A DNA stretch of 63,022 nt, counting the filler, from an uncultured archaeon (GTDB lineage Archaea; Iainarchaeota; Iainarchaeia; Iainarchaeales; 1-14-0-10-31-34): the NCBI GenBank assembly GCA_964442255.1. It is 5 parts of 5 records of this genome, joined end to end, with 100 filler letters (N's around TTAATTAATTAA, not from the genome) between each part and the next. Parts side by side here need not be neighbours in the genome. Positions count along the whole stretch, not along the records: positions 1 to 17,202 come from CAYTYC010000026.1; positions 17,303 to 32,909 come from CAYTYC010000027.1; 3 more parts are not named here. One strand, given 5' to 3'. Shown in pieces: positions 9,411-18,003 of this stretch. The position numbers and the translations under genes are program-made. Under the pieces are notes generated by a model. It was not told where the DNA came from. It saw only the letters and a program-made list of their open reading frames with translations, and made no database searches. The first letter of the stretch is position 1. Each line of letters opens with the position of its first letter.

Positions 9411-9914
9411 TCACTTTTTTTCGGCAAAAAAGCTTGTGGACTGGTATCCCAGGTCAAAGGAAAACATCGCGAAAAAGAAGAAAACATCCTGAAACAAAAC
9501 CAGCGGAACAGCCAACGCGATAACCGTCGTTAAAAGCCTGTGCTCGGAAAAAAAACCGAGGAGCCTGCGGTCGTGCAAGAATTCATCCAGCCACGCGGAA
9601 GCAAGAATGAAAACAAACACAACGTAATTTATCGGCGCAATCCCAAGAACCGCGATTGAAAGAAAAACAACCGCCAAAAAAAACCAGAAGGCCCTTGAAT
9701 CCAGTTTCCCGTAAGCAAGGTTTGCGGTTATCACCGCAAGGAAAACGGTTGCAAAAGCGTAATGCGAAGAAATGAGGAACCCGACCAACGCGCCGGCAAC
9801 AAGGGAAAGAATTGGAAGAAATGTTTTGAACTTTTTTTTCCCCTCCAAAAAATCGGTTGCCTTAATTAAGGCACCGGAAGCAAGGGAAAACGGCAAAAGA
9901 AACGCGAAAGCCAT
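9411..9914 (-). CDS. polytopic membrane protein
   Basis: About 5-6 TM segments; coupled to dys. Confidence 0.7.
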   Translation of the reverse strand: MAFAFLLPFSLASGALIKATDFLEGKKKFKTFLPILSLVAGALVGFLISSHYAFATVFLAVITANLAYGKLDSRAFWFFLAVVFLSIAVLGIAPINYVVFVFILASAWLDEFLHDRRLLGFFSEHRLLTTVIALAVPLVLFQDVFFFFAMFSFDLGYQSTSFFAEKK

Positions 9915-10807
9915 TAAAGCACCTTTTTATCCATCAAAAGTTTGACCGCCAAAGGAAAAAGGATTGTTGCGTCCCCCACCACAGTAACGCTTTTCGCCTT
10001 TGGCTTAATTTTTCCCCAGCTCTTGGCTTCCCTGTGCTGCGCCCCGCTCAGGCTGCCGTCATACTCCGGAGCGGTTGTAAAGTAAACCGCATAATCCAGC
10101 CCGTCACGCAAAATGTTTGAGCCGATTGTGTAATGCTTGGAAATTCCCCCGCCAAGGATTATTGCGCCGGTTTTTTCCGCGTTGAGGACAAGCTGAGCCA
10201 GTTCCCCCATGTCCTTTGTCACATCAACATGGAAATCCTTGTTTTTTTGCCTGAAAAAGTAAAGCTGCAGCCCTATTGCGCCGTCCGTAATTCCCGGGCA
10301 GTAAACGGGGATTGAATTTTTATTGCACCAGTAAAGAAAGGAATCTTCATTTAGTTTGGAGCCAACAAAAGAAGTTAATTCGGAAGGGGAAACAATTCTT
10401 TCCTTTTCCGAAAACTCCCTGAAAATTGGCTGGATTTTTTCCTCAAACAATTCAAACCCCTTTGTGGGAATCAAAATATTCCCCAAACGGTTGAATCCCT
10501 TTTCCCTCAGCTCCGCGTCGTCCACATTAAAGGAGCCGAGATAATATGGCTGAAAGCATTTAATCACGTCATGGTCTATGCTGCCGGCCGTTGTTATCAC
10601 CGCATCCACAAACTTTTTTCTGCACAGTTCTTTTACCACTCCGCGGAGGCCGGAAGCCATAAGGTTTGCGGTGAAGGAAAGAAAAACTTTGGTGGAAGGA
10701 TTCTTCATTTCCTTTATTGCTTCAACTGCTTCCGCAAGGTGCGTTGCCTGGAATCCCGTTAAAGAGAATTCAAGCTGCCCCGGGGAAAGGTCCTTCACTT
10801 CTTTCAT
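9914..10807 (-). CDS. dys: deoxyhypusine synthase
   Basis: GFQATHL, TANLMASGLR, TDGAIG, LGGGISKH, DGSLSGA..EAKSWGK. Confidence 0.96.
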   Translation of the reverse strand: MKEVKDLSPGQLEFSLTGFQATHLAEAVEAIKEMKNPSTKVFLSFTANLMASGLRGVVKELCRKKFVDAVITTAGSIDHDVIKCFQPYYLGSFNVDDAELREKGFNRLGNILIPTKGFELFEEKIQPIFREFSEKERIVSPSELTSFVGSKLNEDSFLYWCNKNSIPVYCPGITDGAIGLQLYFFRQKNKDFHVDVTKDMGELAQLVLNAEKTGAIILGGGISKHYTIGSNILRDGLDYAVYFTTAPEYDGSLSGAQHREAKSWGKIKPKAKSVTVVGDATILFPLAVKLLMDKKVL

Positions 10808-11751
10808 GGCTTTTTCCCTGTAATGTGTGTGCCCGCTTTTCCTTTTAATGCTTTCATGGCGGAGGAAAGGGACGTGATTATGGATGTTTTGCCTTTTTCG
10901 GAAAACCGGATTGCCGACTCAATTTTGGGCTTCATGCTTCCCTCCGGAAAATGGCCTTCCTTCAGGTATTCCTTTGCTTCCTCAACAGAAATTTTTGAAA
11001 GCCATTTTTGGTTCGGCTTTCCGTAGTTTAACGCGGCCTTTTCCACGTCCGTGAGAATCAAAAGCTTTTGCGCATTCAGTTTTTGCGCAAGCAGCGAGGA
11101 GGTCTTGTCCTTGTCTATAACGGCGTCAACGCCTTTCCATCCTTTTTTGCCTTTCACTACAGGAACCCCGCCTCCGCCCGCGGCGACAACAATTTTTCCC
11201 GCACCCAGAAGCCTCCTGACTGAATCCAATTCAATTATTTCTTTTGGCTCCGGGGAAGGCACGACCCTCCGGTAGCCTTTGCCTTCCTGCAAAACAATTT
11301 TCCAGCCCGCCTTCTCCTTTTCCTTTGCCTCCTCCCGCGAATACACTGGGCCAATTGGCTTGGAGGGGGAAAAAAAAGCCGGGTCTTTGGAGTTGACCAA
11401 AACCTGTGTGAGAAGAACGGAAACGTCTTTGCGCATTCCCTTTTTTTTGAATTCATTGCCGAGCGAGCGGGCGATAAGGAAGCCTATTTCCCCCTGGCTT
11501 TGGGCGCCGCAGACAGGCAGGGGAGTGAAGGGAAGCACATCCATCGCGTATTCGGAGCGCATAAGCGCGGCGCCGACCTGTGGGCCGTTTCCATGCGTAA
11601 CCACGAGCGAAAATTTTTTTGCGAGTTCCACGAGCTGGAAAGAAGTGCGAAAAAGCCTTTCACTCTGCTTTTCAAAGGGCTCAGGGGTTTTTCCCCTGGA
11701 AAGGGCGTTTCCGCCCAGTGCAACAACAATTGTTTCCTTCATTTTGGGCAC
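10804..11751 (-). CDS. arcC: carbamate kinase
   Basis: VALGGNA, THGNGPQVG, KPIGP, RRVVPSP, GGGGVPV, AVIDKD, GSMKPK. Confidence 0.96.
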   Translation of the reverse strand: MPKMKETIVVALGGNALSRGKTPEPFEKQSERLFRTSFQLVELAKKFSLVVTHGNGPQVGAALMRSEYAMDVLPFTPLPVCGAQSQGEIGFLIARSLGNEFKKKGMRKDVSVLLTQVLVNSKDPAFFSPSKPIGPVYSREEAKEKEKAGWKIVLQEGKGYRRVVPSPEPKEIIELDSVRRLLGAGKIVVAAGGGGVPVVKGKKGWKGVDAVIDKDKTSSLLAQKLNAQKLLILTDVEKAALNYGKPNQKWLSKISVEEAKEYLKEGHFPEGSMKPKIESAIRFSEKGKTSIITSLSSAMKALKGKAGTHITGKKP

Positions 11752-11880
11752 TTAAAGCCTTGGGACAGAAAACCAAATATTTATATTGTTCGGGGAATGA
11801 TTCAATTAGCATGCACGAATAAATGGATGCCCAAAAACAAGGCGAGAAAAATGAGACACAGGTATAAGGGGTTTTTATAG

Positions 11881-12432
11881 GTGGCCCACACCCTAGTCGG
11901 GCACCTGAAGCAACTGCTTTGGATGCTTGAAGAGGAAAAACTGGTGCAGTTAAGGAACAAAAGCAATGAACTGATTGAGGAGGCCGCGCTGGAAGGCGAC
12001 GAACTGAAGGGAAGGCTTTCCCTTATCGCGTACGCGCTGCACAAAATGCTTTCAAAGCCCCATATAGCGAAAAGCAGGAACTGGGAAAAGGCGAAAAAAT
12101 CTCTTCTTTCCTCGCTGAGCCAGTCCTTAAGGCTGCTGGAAAAAAATGAAAAAGAAAAATTCGGGAAAAAAATTGACAACATTTCAGGAGAGCTTTCATC
12201 TGTGGACGCAAAGCTCGGGAGGTTTTTGACAAACACCTTTGAAAAGGCGAAGGCAAAGCAGGCCTCCCGCGCCTACACGCTGGGTTTAAGCCTTAGCAGG
12301 GCATGCGAGCTGACAGGCGCGGAAAAGTCGGACGTTTTCTCATACATTGGGGGAACCAAAATTCACGAGCAATTAAAGGACAGGGTGGGAATAAGGAAAA
12401 GGCTTTACAGGCTGAGGAAGGCTTTTGAATGA
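11881..12432 (+). CDS. conserved hypothetical protein with possible C-terminal HTH
   Basis: 183 aa, GLSLSRACELTG; overlaps the next gene (ATGA). Confidence 0.65.
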   Translation: MAHTLVGHLKQLLWMLEEEKLVQLRNKSNELIEEAALEGDELKGRLSLIAYALHKMLSKPHIAKSRNWEKAKKSLLSSLSQSLRLLEKNEKEKFGKKIDNISGELSSVDAKLGRFLTNTFEKAKAKQASRAYTLGLSLSRACELTGAEKSDVFSYIGGTKIHEQLKDRVGIRKRLYRLRKAFE

Positions 12433-13097
12433 ATGACCTTGTGTTTGACTCAAGCTCAGTTATTTCGGTTGCGGGAAGCTGTCTGATGAAAGTTTTAGGC
12501 CTGCTCTCCGAACAGGCGAAAGGCGAATTCATCATTTCAAGAAGCGTATTCAATGAATCGGTGAACCGCCCAATGAACATACGGCGCTTTGAGCTCAACG
12601 CATTGAGGATAAAGAAGGCCGTTGAAGCCGGGTGGTTAAAGGTTGAGGAAAGGGACAATGAAACCGGAAAAAACACGGACAAAGTAATGGGGCTTGCGAA
12701 CGGCCTGTTCAGCTTTCATGGAAAGCCTTTCCATTTGATTCATTTGGGGGAAGCGGAAACCCTTGCGTTAAGCCTCAGGCACGAAAATTCAACAGTCGTG
12801 GTGGACGAGCGCACCACGAGAATGCTTTTGGAGGATCCGGCGGGATTGAAGGCGAACATTGAAAGAAACCACAATGTACGCCTTAGGGTGGACGGCGGAA
12901 TCCTGAAAAAAATCCAGGAAATGTTTCCGGAAACAAGGATAGTGCGCTCTTCCGAACTAATGATTCTTGCGTTTGAGAAAAGGCTTTTCCGGGAAGAGCT
13001 TCCCCCAGGAAAGGAGTCGCTGAAAGCCGCGCTTTACAGTTTGAAGTATGCAGGCTGCGCGATTTCATTCAATGAAATAAAGGATTTCACGGGTTAA
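12429..13097 (+). CDS. PIN-domain-like protein
   Basis: LVFDSSSVI, NES, HLGEAETLAL, VVDERTTR. Confidence 0.65.
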   Translation: MNDLVFDSSSVISVAGSCLMKVLGLLSEQAKGEFIISRSVFNESVNRPMNIRRFELNALRIKKAVEAGWLKVEERDNETGKNTDKVMGLANGLFSFHGKPFHLIHLGEAETLALSLRHENSTVVVDERTTRMLLEDPAGLKANIERNHNVRLRVDGGILKKIQEMFPETRIVRSSELMILAFEKRLFREELPPGKESLKAALYSLKYAGCAISFNEIKDFTG

Positions 13098-13100
13098 GGA

Positions 13101-13562
13101 ATGAAAATAAGGGAAGCTGAAAAAAAGGATTTGCCTTTCATTAGGCGGATGGTAGAAAAAGAGTTTCCGTATGTTTCAGGAAACATTAACCTTGAAGAAA
13201 GGCTGGAAAACCCGGGCACTTCAATCCTGGTTGCGGAGGAAAAAGGAAAAGTTTTGGGCTTTGCGGACTACGGGTTTTTTCGTGAAGGGCAGGCGAGGCT
13301 GAACGCGGTTTCAGTGAAGGAAAGCGAAAGGGGAAAAGGAACGGGAAAAAAAATTTTAAGGGAAGCGCTCAAAAGAATCAGGGAAAAAAGCGGTTTTGAG
13401 GTGGGGCTGCTGGTGAAAAAAGAAAATGCTGCGGCAAAAAAGCTTTACCTTGAAGTGGGTTTCAGGAAAATTGGCGTTCACCCGAAAAAGCTGGACGGCT
13501 CGGAAGTGGAGGAAATGCTTTTGGGGCCGGAAGAAAAGGAAACAACTCAAAGGATTGTGTGA
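13101..13562 (+). CDS. GNAT N-acetyltransferase
   Basis: VSV..RGKGTGK, NAAAKKLY..GF. Confidence 0.88.
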   Translation: MKIREAEKKDLPFIRRMVEKEFPYVSGNINLEERLENPGTSILVAEEKGKVLGFADYGFFREGQARLNAVSVKESERGKGTGKKILREALKRIREKSGFEVGLLVKKENAAAKKLYLEVGFRKIGVHPKKLDGSEVEEMLLGPEEKETTQRIV

Positions 13563-13565
13563 AAG

Positions 13566-14396
13566 CTATTCCCGGTACAAGACATACATTACCTTTTCGC
13601 ACACGTTTTTTGGAACCCCCTCCAAAAGCATTGCGGCCTTTATTTCCTCGGGGGCATACTGTTTGGTTGAGGGCTGAAGCCTTTTCACCAATTCCCTGGC
13701 TTTTTTTTCTTCTTCCTCATCCAGGTCCGCCAAATCGGATTCCTTTAAGGGCAACCCCCCCAAGCCCCTGGTTATTTCGTCCCTGAAGTGGCGGGTGACG
13801 CTTTCAAACTGTTTTCCAACCCCCGCGTGCTGCGGCTTGGAAAGCCTTTCCTTTAAATAGCGGTTCAGTTCTTCATATTTCCTTTTTTTTCCCATTGGGG
13901 GAATGAGCTTTTCAAGTTCGCGGATGTGCTCCTCTTTTTTTTCCTCCAAAAGGCTTTTTCCCCCCGCCTTAAGGCTTTCAAGCGCCGCTTTCCTTATTTT
14001 CTCCTTTTCAAAGCCCCCTGAAGGGGGCTTAACCTGCTCAAGCGAGGGAGGTTTCGGGAAAGGCTTAATCGGCTGCCCTGCAACGGGTTTTTTGGGCCTG
14101 GTAAAAACCTCCAGTTCGCCTTCCACCTCTTTCCTTATTTCGGGCTCGGATGTCTTTATTTTGAGTTCCTTTTCCGCCTGTTCGGCGTGCGCCTTCATTC
14201 CCGCCTTTCCCACAAAAATAGGGGTTTCCTTTTTTTCCTTTTCATGGTGCTCTTCTTTTGGCTTTTCTCCGGCAGGGGATTCGTCTTTAAACGCCTTCAC
14301 CGCGGGAATCGGCTTCTTCAAGGCATTCATTTTTTTAGCCAAGTCATCGGGGCGGATTTCCTTTTTATTTTTTCCGTCCAAGTCCAGCTCTTCCAT
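13566..14396 (-). CDS. hypothetical low-complexity Lys/Glu/Pro-rich protein
   Basis: 276-aa ORF with genome-typical composition. Confidence 0.65.
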   Translation of the reverse strand: MEELDLDGKNKKEIRPDDLAKKMNALKKPIPAVKAFKDESPAGEKPKEEHHEKEKKETPIFVGKAGMKAHAEQAEKELKIKTSEPEIRKEVEGELEVFTRPKKPVAGQPIKPFPKPPSLEQVKPPSGGFEKEKIRKAALESLKAGGKSLLEEKKEEHIRELEKLIPPMGKKRKYEELNRYLKERLSKPQHAGVGKQFESVTRHFRDEITRGLGGLPLKESDLADLDEEEEKKARELVKRLQPSTKQYAPEEIKAAMLLEGVPKNVCEKVMYVLYRE

Positions 14397-14429
14397 TTCA
14401 AGCCCAATAAAAAATAGGGTAAGTTTTAT

Positions 14430-14477
14430 TTAAGGGTTACTAATAATCAGAACCCACTGTTCCGATGCCTCCCTTAA
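14430..14477. mobile_element. tiny MITE-like element, TTAA-bounded family (copy A)
   Basis: TTAAGGG...ATCAGAACCCACTGTTCCGATGCCT-CCCTTAA; core recurs at 17378-17451 and 50657-50715. Confidence 0.5.
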
Positions 14478-14488
14478 TTGTAAAAAAA

Positions 14489-15964
14489 CTAATAGGATTT
14501 GGCCACGTAAACCATTTCCTTTGCCTTTTTGCCGCAGGCAACGCAATTCCCCTGCACAGGGACTTTTTTGTCCATTCTCACTCCGCGAACGCTGCCGCCG
14601 GCATTCTTTTCAATCTGCTCCGCGCAGGACAATGCGTCCTTTCCGTCGGAGCAGATTCCGCACAAGGCGATTTTTCCGGAGTCCAATACTCCTTTCAGTT
14701 CGCCAAGCTTTTCAGCTTTCATGATGTTTTTTTCAAATTGGGTGCTTGCCTTTTTGAAAAGGTTTGAGTCAATGGCCTTTGAAGTTTTTTCAATTTCTTT
14801 TTCCAGCGCACTCAACTTAAGTGTTTTCTTTGCGCCGGTGTCGCGCCTGAAAATCGTAACAGAGCTTTTTTTGAGTTCCCTTTCCCCGAACTCAACCCTC
14901 AAGGGAACGCCCTTCATTTCCCAGTAAAAGAATTTGTCCCCAAGTCCTGAATCGGAATCGTCAACCTCAAGCCTCACACACTTTTCCTGCAGTTGCTTAA
15001 TAATTTTTTTAACCGCATCCGAAACCTTTTTGCTTTTCTTTTTTCCGTGGATTGGGACAATCAAAACCTGAACCGGCGCGGCCTTAAACGGAAACACGAG
15101 CCCCTTGCTGTCGCCGTGTATTGAAACCATCGCCGCGAAGATCCTGCCTACCGCGGGGCCATAGCAGGTAATGAAAGGCGTTTTTTCTTTGCCGTTTTTG
15201 TCTGTAAACTGCACGTTAAAGGCTTTCGCAAAGTTTTGCCCGAGAAAATGCGTGGAAGGAAGCTGCATCAATTTTCCGTCGGGCATTAACGCGTCCGCGG
15301 CGTAAGTGTTCTCCGCTCCCGCAAACTTGTCCCACTGCGGGCGCTTAAAGAAATGGAATGGGATTGCAAGTGAATGCAATAATTCGGTTGTGATTTCAAT
15401 GTCTTCCTTTACCTGTTTTTCCGCGTCCTCCCTTGAAGCGAATGCGTCGTGCGCCTCTATCCAGTGGAATTCCCTGCTCCGCAAAAAAGGCCTGGTTGCC
15501 TTTGTTTCGTATCGGAAAACCTGCGCCCTTTGGTAGGTTTTGAATGGAAGGTCCTTGTATGAGCGAATCCATAACGCGAACATCTGGTAGAACGCGGTTT
15601 CGCTTGTCGGCCGGAGCGCGAGCCTTTCCTCCAGTTTTGTGCCGCCTGCCTCGGTTATCCAGAAAACTTCCGGGCTGAAGCCTTCCACGTGCTCGGATTC
15701 CCTGTAAAAGTTTTCCTCCGGAATAACTGCCGGAAACCAGTAGGGCCTGTGGCCTTTGCGCTGGAGAATTCCTTCAAGCGTTTTATAAATTTCCTCCATG
15801 GACAAAACAGACCACGGCTGGAAGACAACAAAGCCTTTCACGTTGTACCTTAGGTCTGCGAGCCCGGCTTTTTTCACTATTTCGGTGAACCATTCGCTGA
15901 AGTTTTTTTCCTTTTCAATGTTGAAAGTGATTTTTTCCGGTTTTTCTTCCATTTTTTTCGCCAT
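14489..15964 (-). CDS. proS: prolyl-tRNA synthetase (archaeal/eukaryal type)
   Basis: FSEWF, RPTSET, FRYE.KATRPFLR.REF, C-terminal Cys residues and AKSY. Confidence 0.97.
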   Translation of the reverse strand: MAKKMEEKPEKITFNIEKEKNFSEWFTEIVKKAGLADLRYNVKGFVVFQPWSVLSMEEIYKTLEGILQRKGHRPYWFPAVIPEENFYRESEHVEGFSPEVFWITEAGGTKLEERLALRPTSETAFYQMFALWIRSYKDLPFKTYQRAQVFRYETKATRPFLRSREFHWIEAHDAFASREDAEKQVKEDIEITTELLHSLAIPFHFFKRPQWDKFAGAENTYAADALMPDGKLMQLPSTHFLGQNFAKAFNVQFTDKNGKEKTPFITCYGPAVGRIFAAMVSIHGDSKGLVFPFKAAPVQVLIVPIHGKKKSKKVSDAVKKIIKQLQEKCVRLEVDDSDSGLGDKFFYWEMKGVPLRVEFGERELKKSSVTIFRRDTGAKKTLKLSALEKEIEKTSKAIDSNLFKKASTQFEKNIMKAEKLGELKGVLDSGKIALCGICSDGKDALSCAEQIEKNAGGSVRGVRMDKKVPVQGNCVACGKKAKEMVYVAKSY

Positions 15965-15996
15965 TGATTATTATTCTTTAATTAAACTTCTTTTTA

Positions 15997-16974
15997 TTAA
16001 TTGTCCCTCTCAAGAGCCCCCAAACCTGAGTCAAGGGCTTCCAAGAACAGGCTTATGTCTGCTACAATGCCTTTTGCCTGCGTTGTGCCCCTGTCACAGA
16101 TTTTCACAACCGCAGCCAGGCTTATGTCAACGCAATAGGTTTTAACCCCTGCAGCAAGCATGTTCCCCACTGCAATGGAGTGAAGCATGGAGGAAAGCAT
16201 TACCACAACCTCAACCCCTTTCAGCGCTTCGCGCATCTTATCCTGCGCCTTTACTGCATCAGTGACAACCTCTGCCAAGGGACCGTCGTCCCTTATTGAG
16301 CCTGCCAAAATAAACGGCACGCCCGCCTTGACGCATTCAAACATTACGCCGCTTTTCACAATCCCGTTTTCAACCGCTTTCCTTATCCCGCCAGCAGAAT
16401 TCACCTTGTTTATCGCCCACAGGTGGTGCGAGTGATGGATGTTTTTCCCTGTCCTGCTGCAGCAGCCGAGCGAAGTGCCGTAAACCGCTGTCTCCAAATC
16501 GTGTGCAGCCAATGCATTGCCCGCAAGCAGGAGGTTACAGTAACCCGAGGCAATCAGTTTTGAAAAAGTTTTTCCTGCGCCTGTGTGGACAACCGCAGGC
16601 CCTGCAACAAAAGCAATTTTTTTTCCGGCGGCCTTTGCCTTAAACAATTCTTTTGCCAGTTCCCTTACTGTGCGCACGATGTTTTTTTCGGAGGAAACAT
16701 TGGAGGACATGAACCGGAATTCCGTGTCATCTTTTAACACATTATTTTCTTCCATTATGCCCGCGGTCCCGACAACCGCCTTATCGCCTTTTTTCGCTTT
16801 CCTCGCTTCCAGGCAGAGAAGTTTACCGTTCCTTTTGATTATGGCGCAGTCCATTCTAATATTTTCTACTCTCCGCTTTTTTCCTTTTAAGAGAACCCGG
16901 GTTTCCCTGTTGGAGGTCGTGTAATAGTTTTCAGGAAGAATCCCGTCTCTTTTCACTTCTTCCTGGAAGTGCAT
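15997..16974 (-). CDS. LOR/SDH-related (TIGR00300/ArgZ C-terminal-like) ornithine cyclodeaminase
   Basis: YYTTSN, RMDC, FRFMSSNVSSEK, GPAVVHTG, GNALAAHD, LAGSIRDDGPL, MLHSIAVGN, DRGT. Confidence 0.85.
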   Translation of the reverse strand: MHFQEEVKRDGILPENYYTTSNRETRVLLKGKKRRVENIRMDCAIIKRNGKLLCLEARKAKKGDKAVVGTAGIMEENNVLKDDTEFRFMSSNVSSEKNIVRTVRELAKELFKAKAAGKKIAFVAGPAVVHTGAGKTFSKLIASGYCNLLLAGNALAAHDLETAVYGTSLGCCSRTGKNIHHSHHLWAINKVNSAGGIRKAVENGIVKSGVMFECVKAGVPFILAGSIRDDGPLAEVVTDAVKAQDKMREALKGVEVVVMLSSMLHSIAVGNMLAAGVKTYCVDISLAAVVKICDRGTTQAKGIVADISLFLEALDSGLGALERDN

Positions 16975-17202
16975 CCCTTCTTTCTTTTTGCATTCACTTC
17001 ACTCCCCCTGTTTTAACCGAAAAATCAGTTCCCTGTTTAAGGGAATTTTTTCCAAAAATATTTAAGTAAATCAAAGAAAAAGAGTTACTGGCCTGGAAGG
17101 CAATTCCTTCTGTTCATTTCAATCAATTTTTCCCTGCAAATTCTTTTAAACGTTGCCCAAAAAGCCGGCAAATGCGAGCAAACCTGCCTCCGGAGCAAAG
17201 CG

Positions 17203-17302
17203 NNNNNNNNNNNNNNNNNNNNNNNNNNNNNNNNNNNNNNNNNNNNTTAATTAATTAANNNNNNNNNNNNNNNNNNNNNNNNNNNNNNNNNNNNNNNNNN
17301 NN
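17203..17302. other. artificial scaffold linker
   Basis: N-run + TTAATTAATTAA + N-run. Confidence 0.97.
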
Positions 17303-17510
17303 CTTTTTGGAAAAAAGTTTTATCAAAAAAATTCTGCCTTCGGCAGTAAAACTTTTTAGAAAAAAGTTTTATCAAAAATCAGAACCTGCGGTTCCGCGAA
17401 GCGGGTTTTGATGAAACTTTTATCAAAAGTTTCTCCGATACCTCCCTTAAGAATGAAAGAGTGGCTTTCGCCAAAAACTTTTTAGGAAAAAGTTTTACCA
17501 AAAAAGGGGT
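17303..17510. repeat. cluster of AAACTTTT-Nx-AAAAGTTT-ATCAAAA palindromic repeats with a nested MITE core
   Basis: About four copies here; relatives at 9160-9236, 33390-33417 and 48579-48605. Confidence 0.75.
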
Positions 17511-17536
17511 CGGAGGATTCGCCTGTTTTTCGCCAG

Positions 17537-17854
17537 TTAAATCTGCTTAATGAAATCACATTCAGGGGAAACTTCCACAAAGTGCGTTGCGTCGCCTTCC
17601 CTGAACGCGGAGCACTGGTTTTCGGGAAGGTTGTCAGAAGCTGTGCGCGGCGAGTGCGCGACATCACAGACCCAGTTTTTAATCAAATGGTTGGAAAGGC
17701 ACGGCCCGCTTGAAAGGTCCGCGCCGTCCGCAAGAGCCTGTTCGCATAAAGCGACGCATTTTTCTTTCGGGTCAGTGCCGGTAACGTTTTCCTCCGCTGG
17801 CTGGGCGCAGCCGGAGAGAACAAGAATGAAAGCCAACGGGATGAGAAACTTCAT
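17537..17854 (-). CDS. small Cys-rich lipoprotein
   Basis: Lipobox LSGC and six further Cys. Confidence 0.75.
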   Translation of the reverse strand: MKFLIPLAFILVLSGCAQPAEENVTGTDPKEKCVALCEQALADGADLSSGPCLSNHLIKNWVCDVAHSPRTASDNLPENQCSAFREGDATHFVEVSPECDFIKQI

Positions 17855-18003
17855 TTTGACCGGGAAGTAAGGGAACGGAAATAGCTTTAAGCCTTTAGGC
17901 TGCCCGTTTTTTGGTGAAGCTTTTTTTCAAAAAGGTTCTGGCAAGGCTTTTGGAAAAAGCTTTAAATATTGGCTTACCCATTATTTTACTTGGAGTTGGG
18001 AAA

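Noticed and set aside
17203..17302. TTAATTAATTAA as a biological motif (also 32910, 48606, 61306)
   Set aside because: All-frame stop linker embedded in Ns; gene adjacency across it is artificial
17911..18003. N-terminal extension of the MscS-C39 ORF
   Set aside because: Overlaps repeat-like and promoter-like sequence; ATG 18004 has an SD
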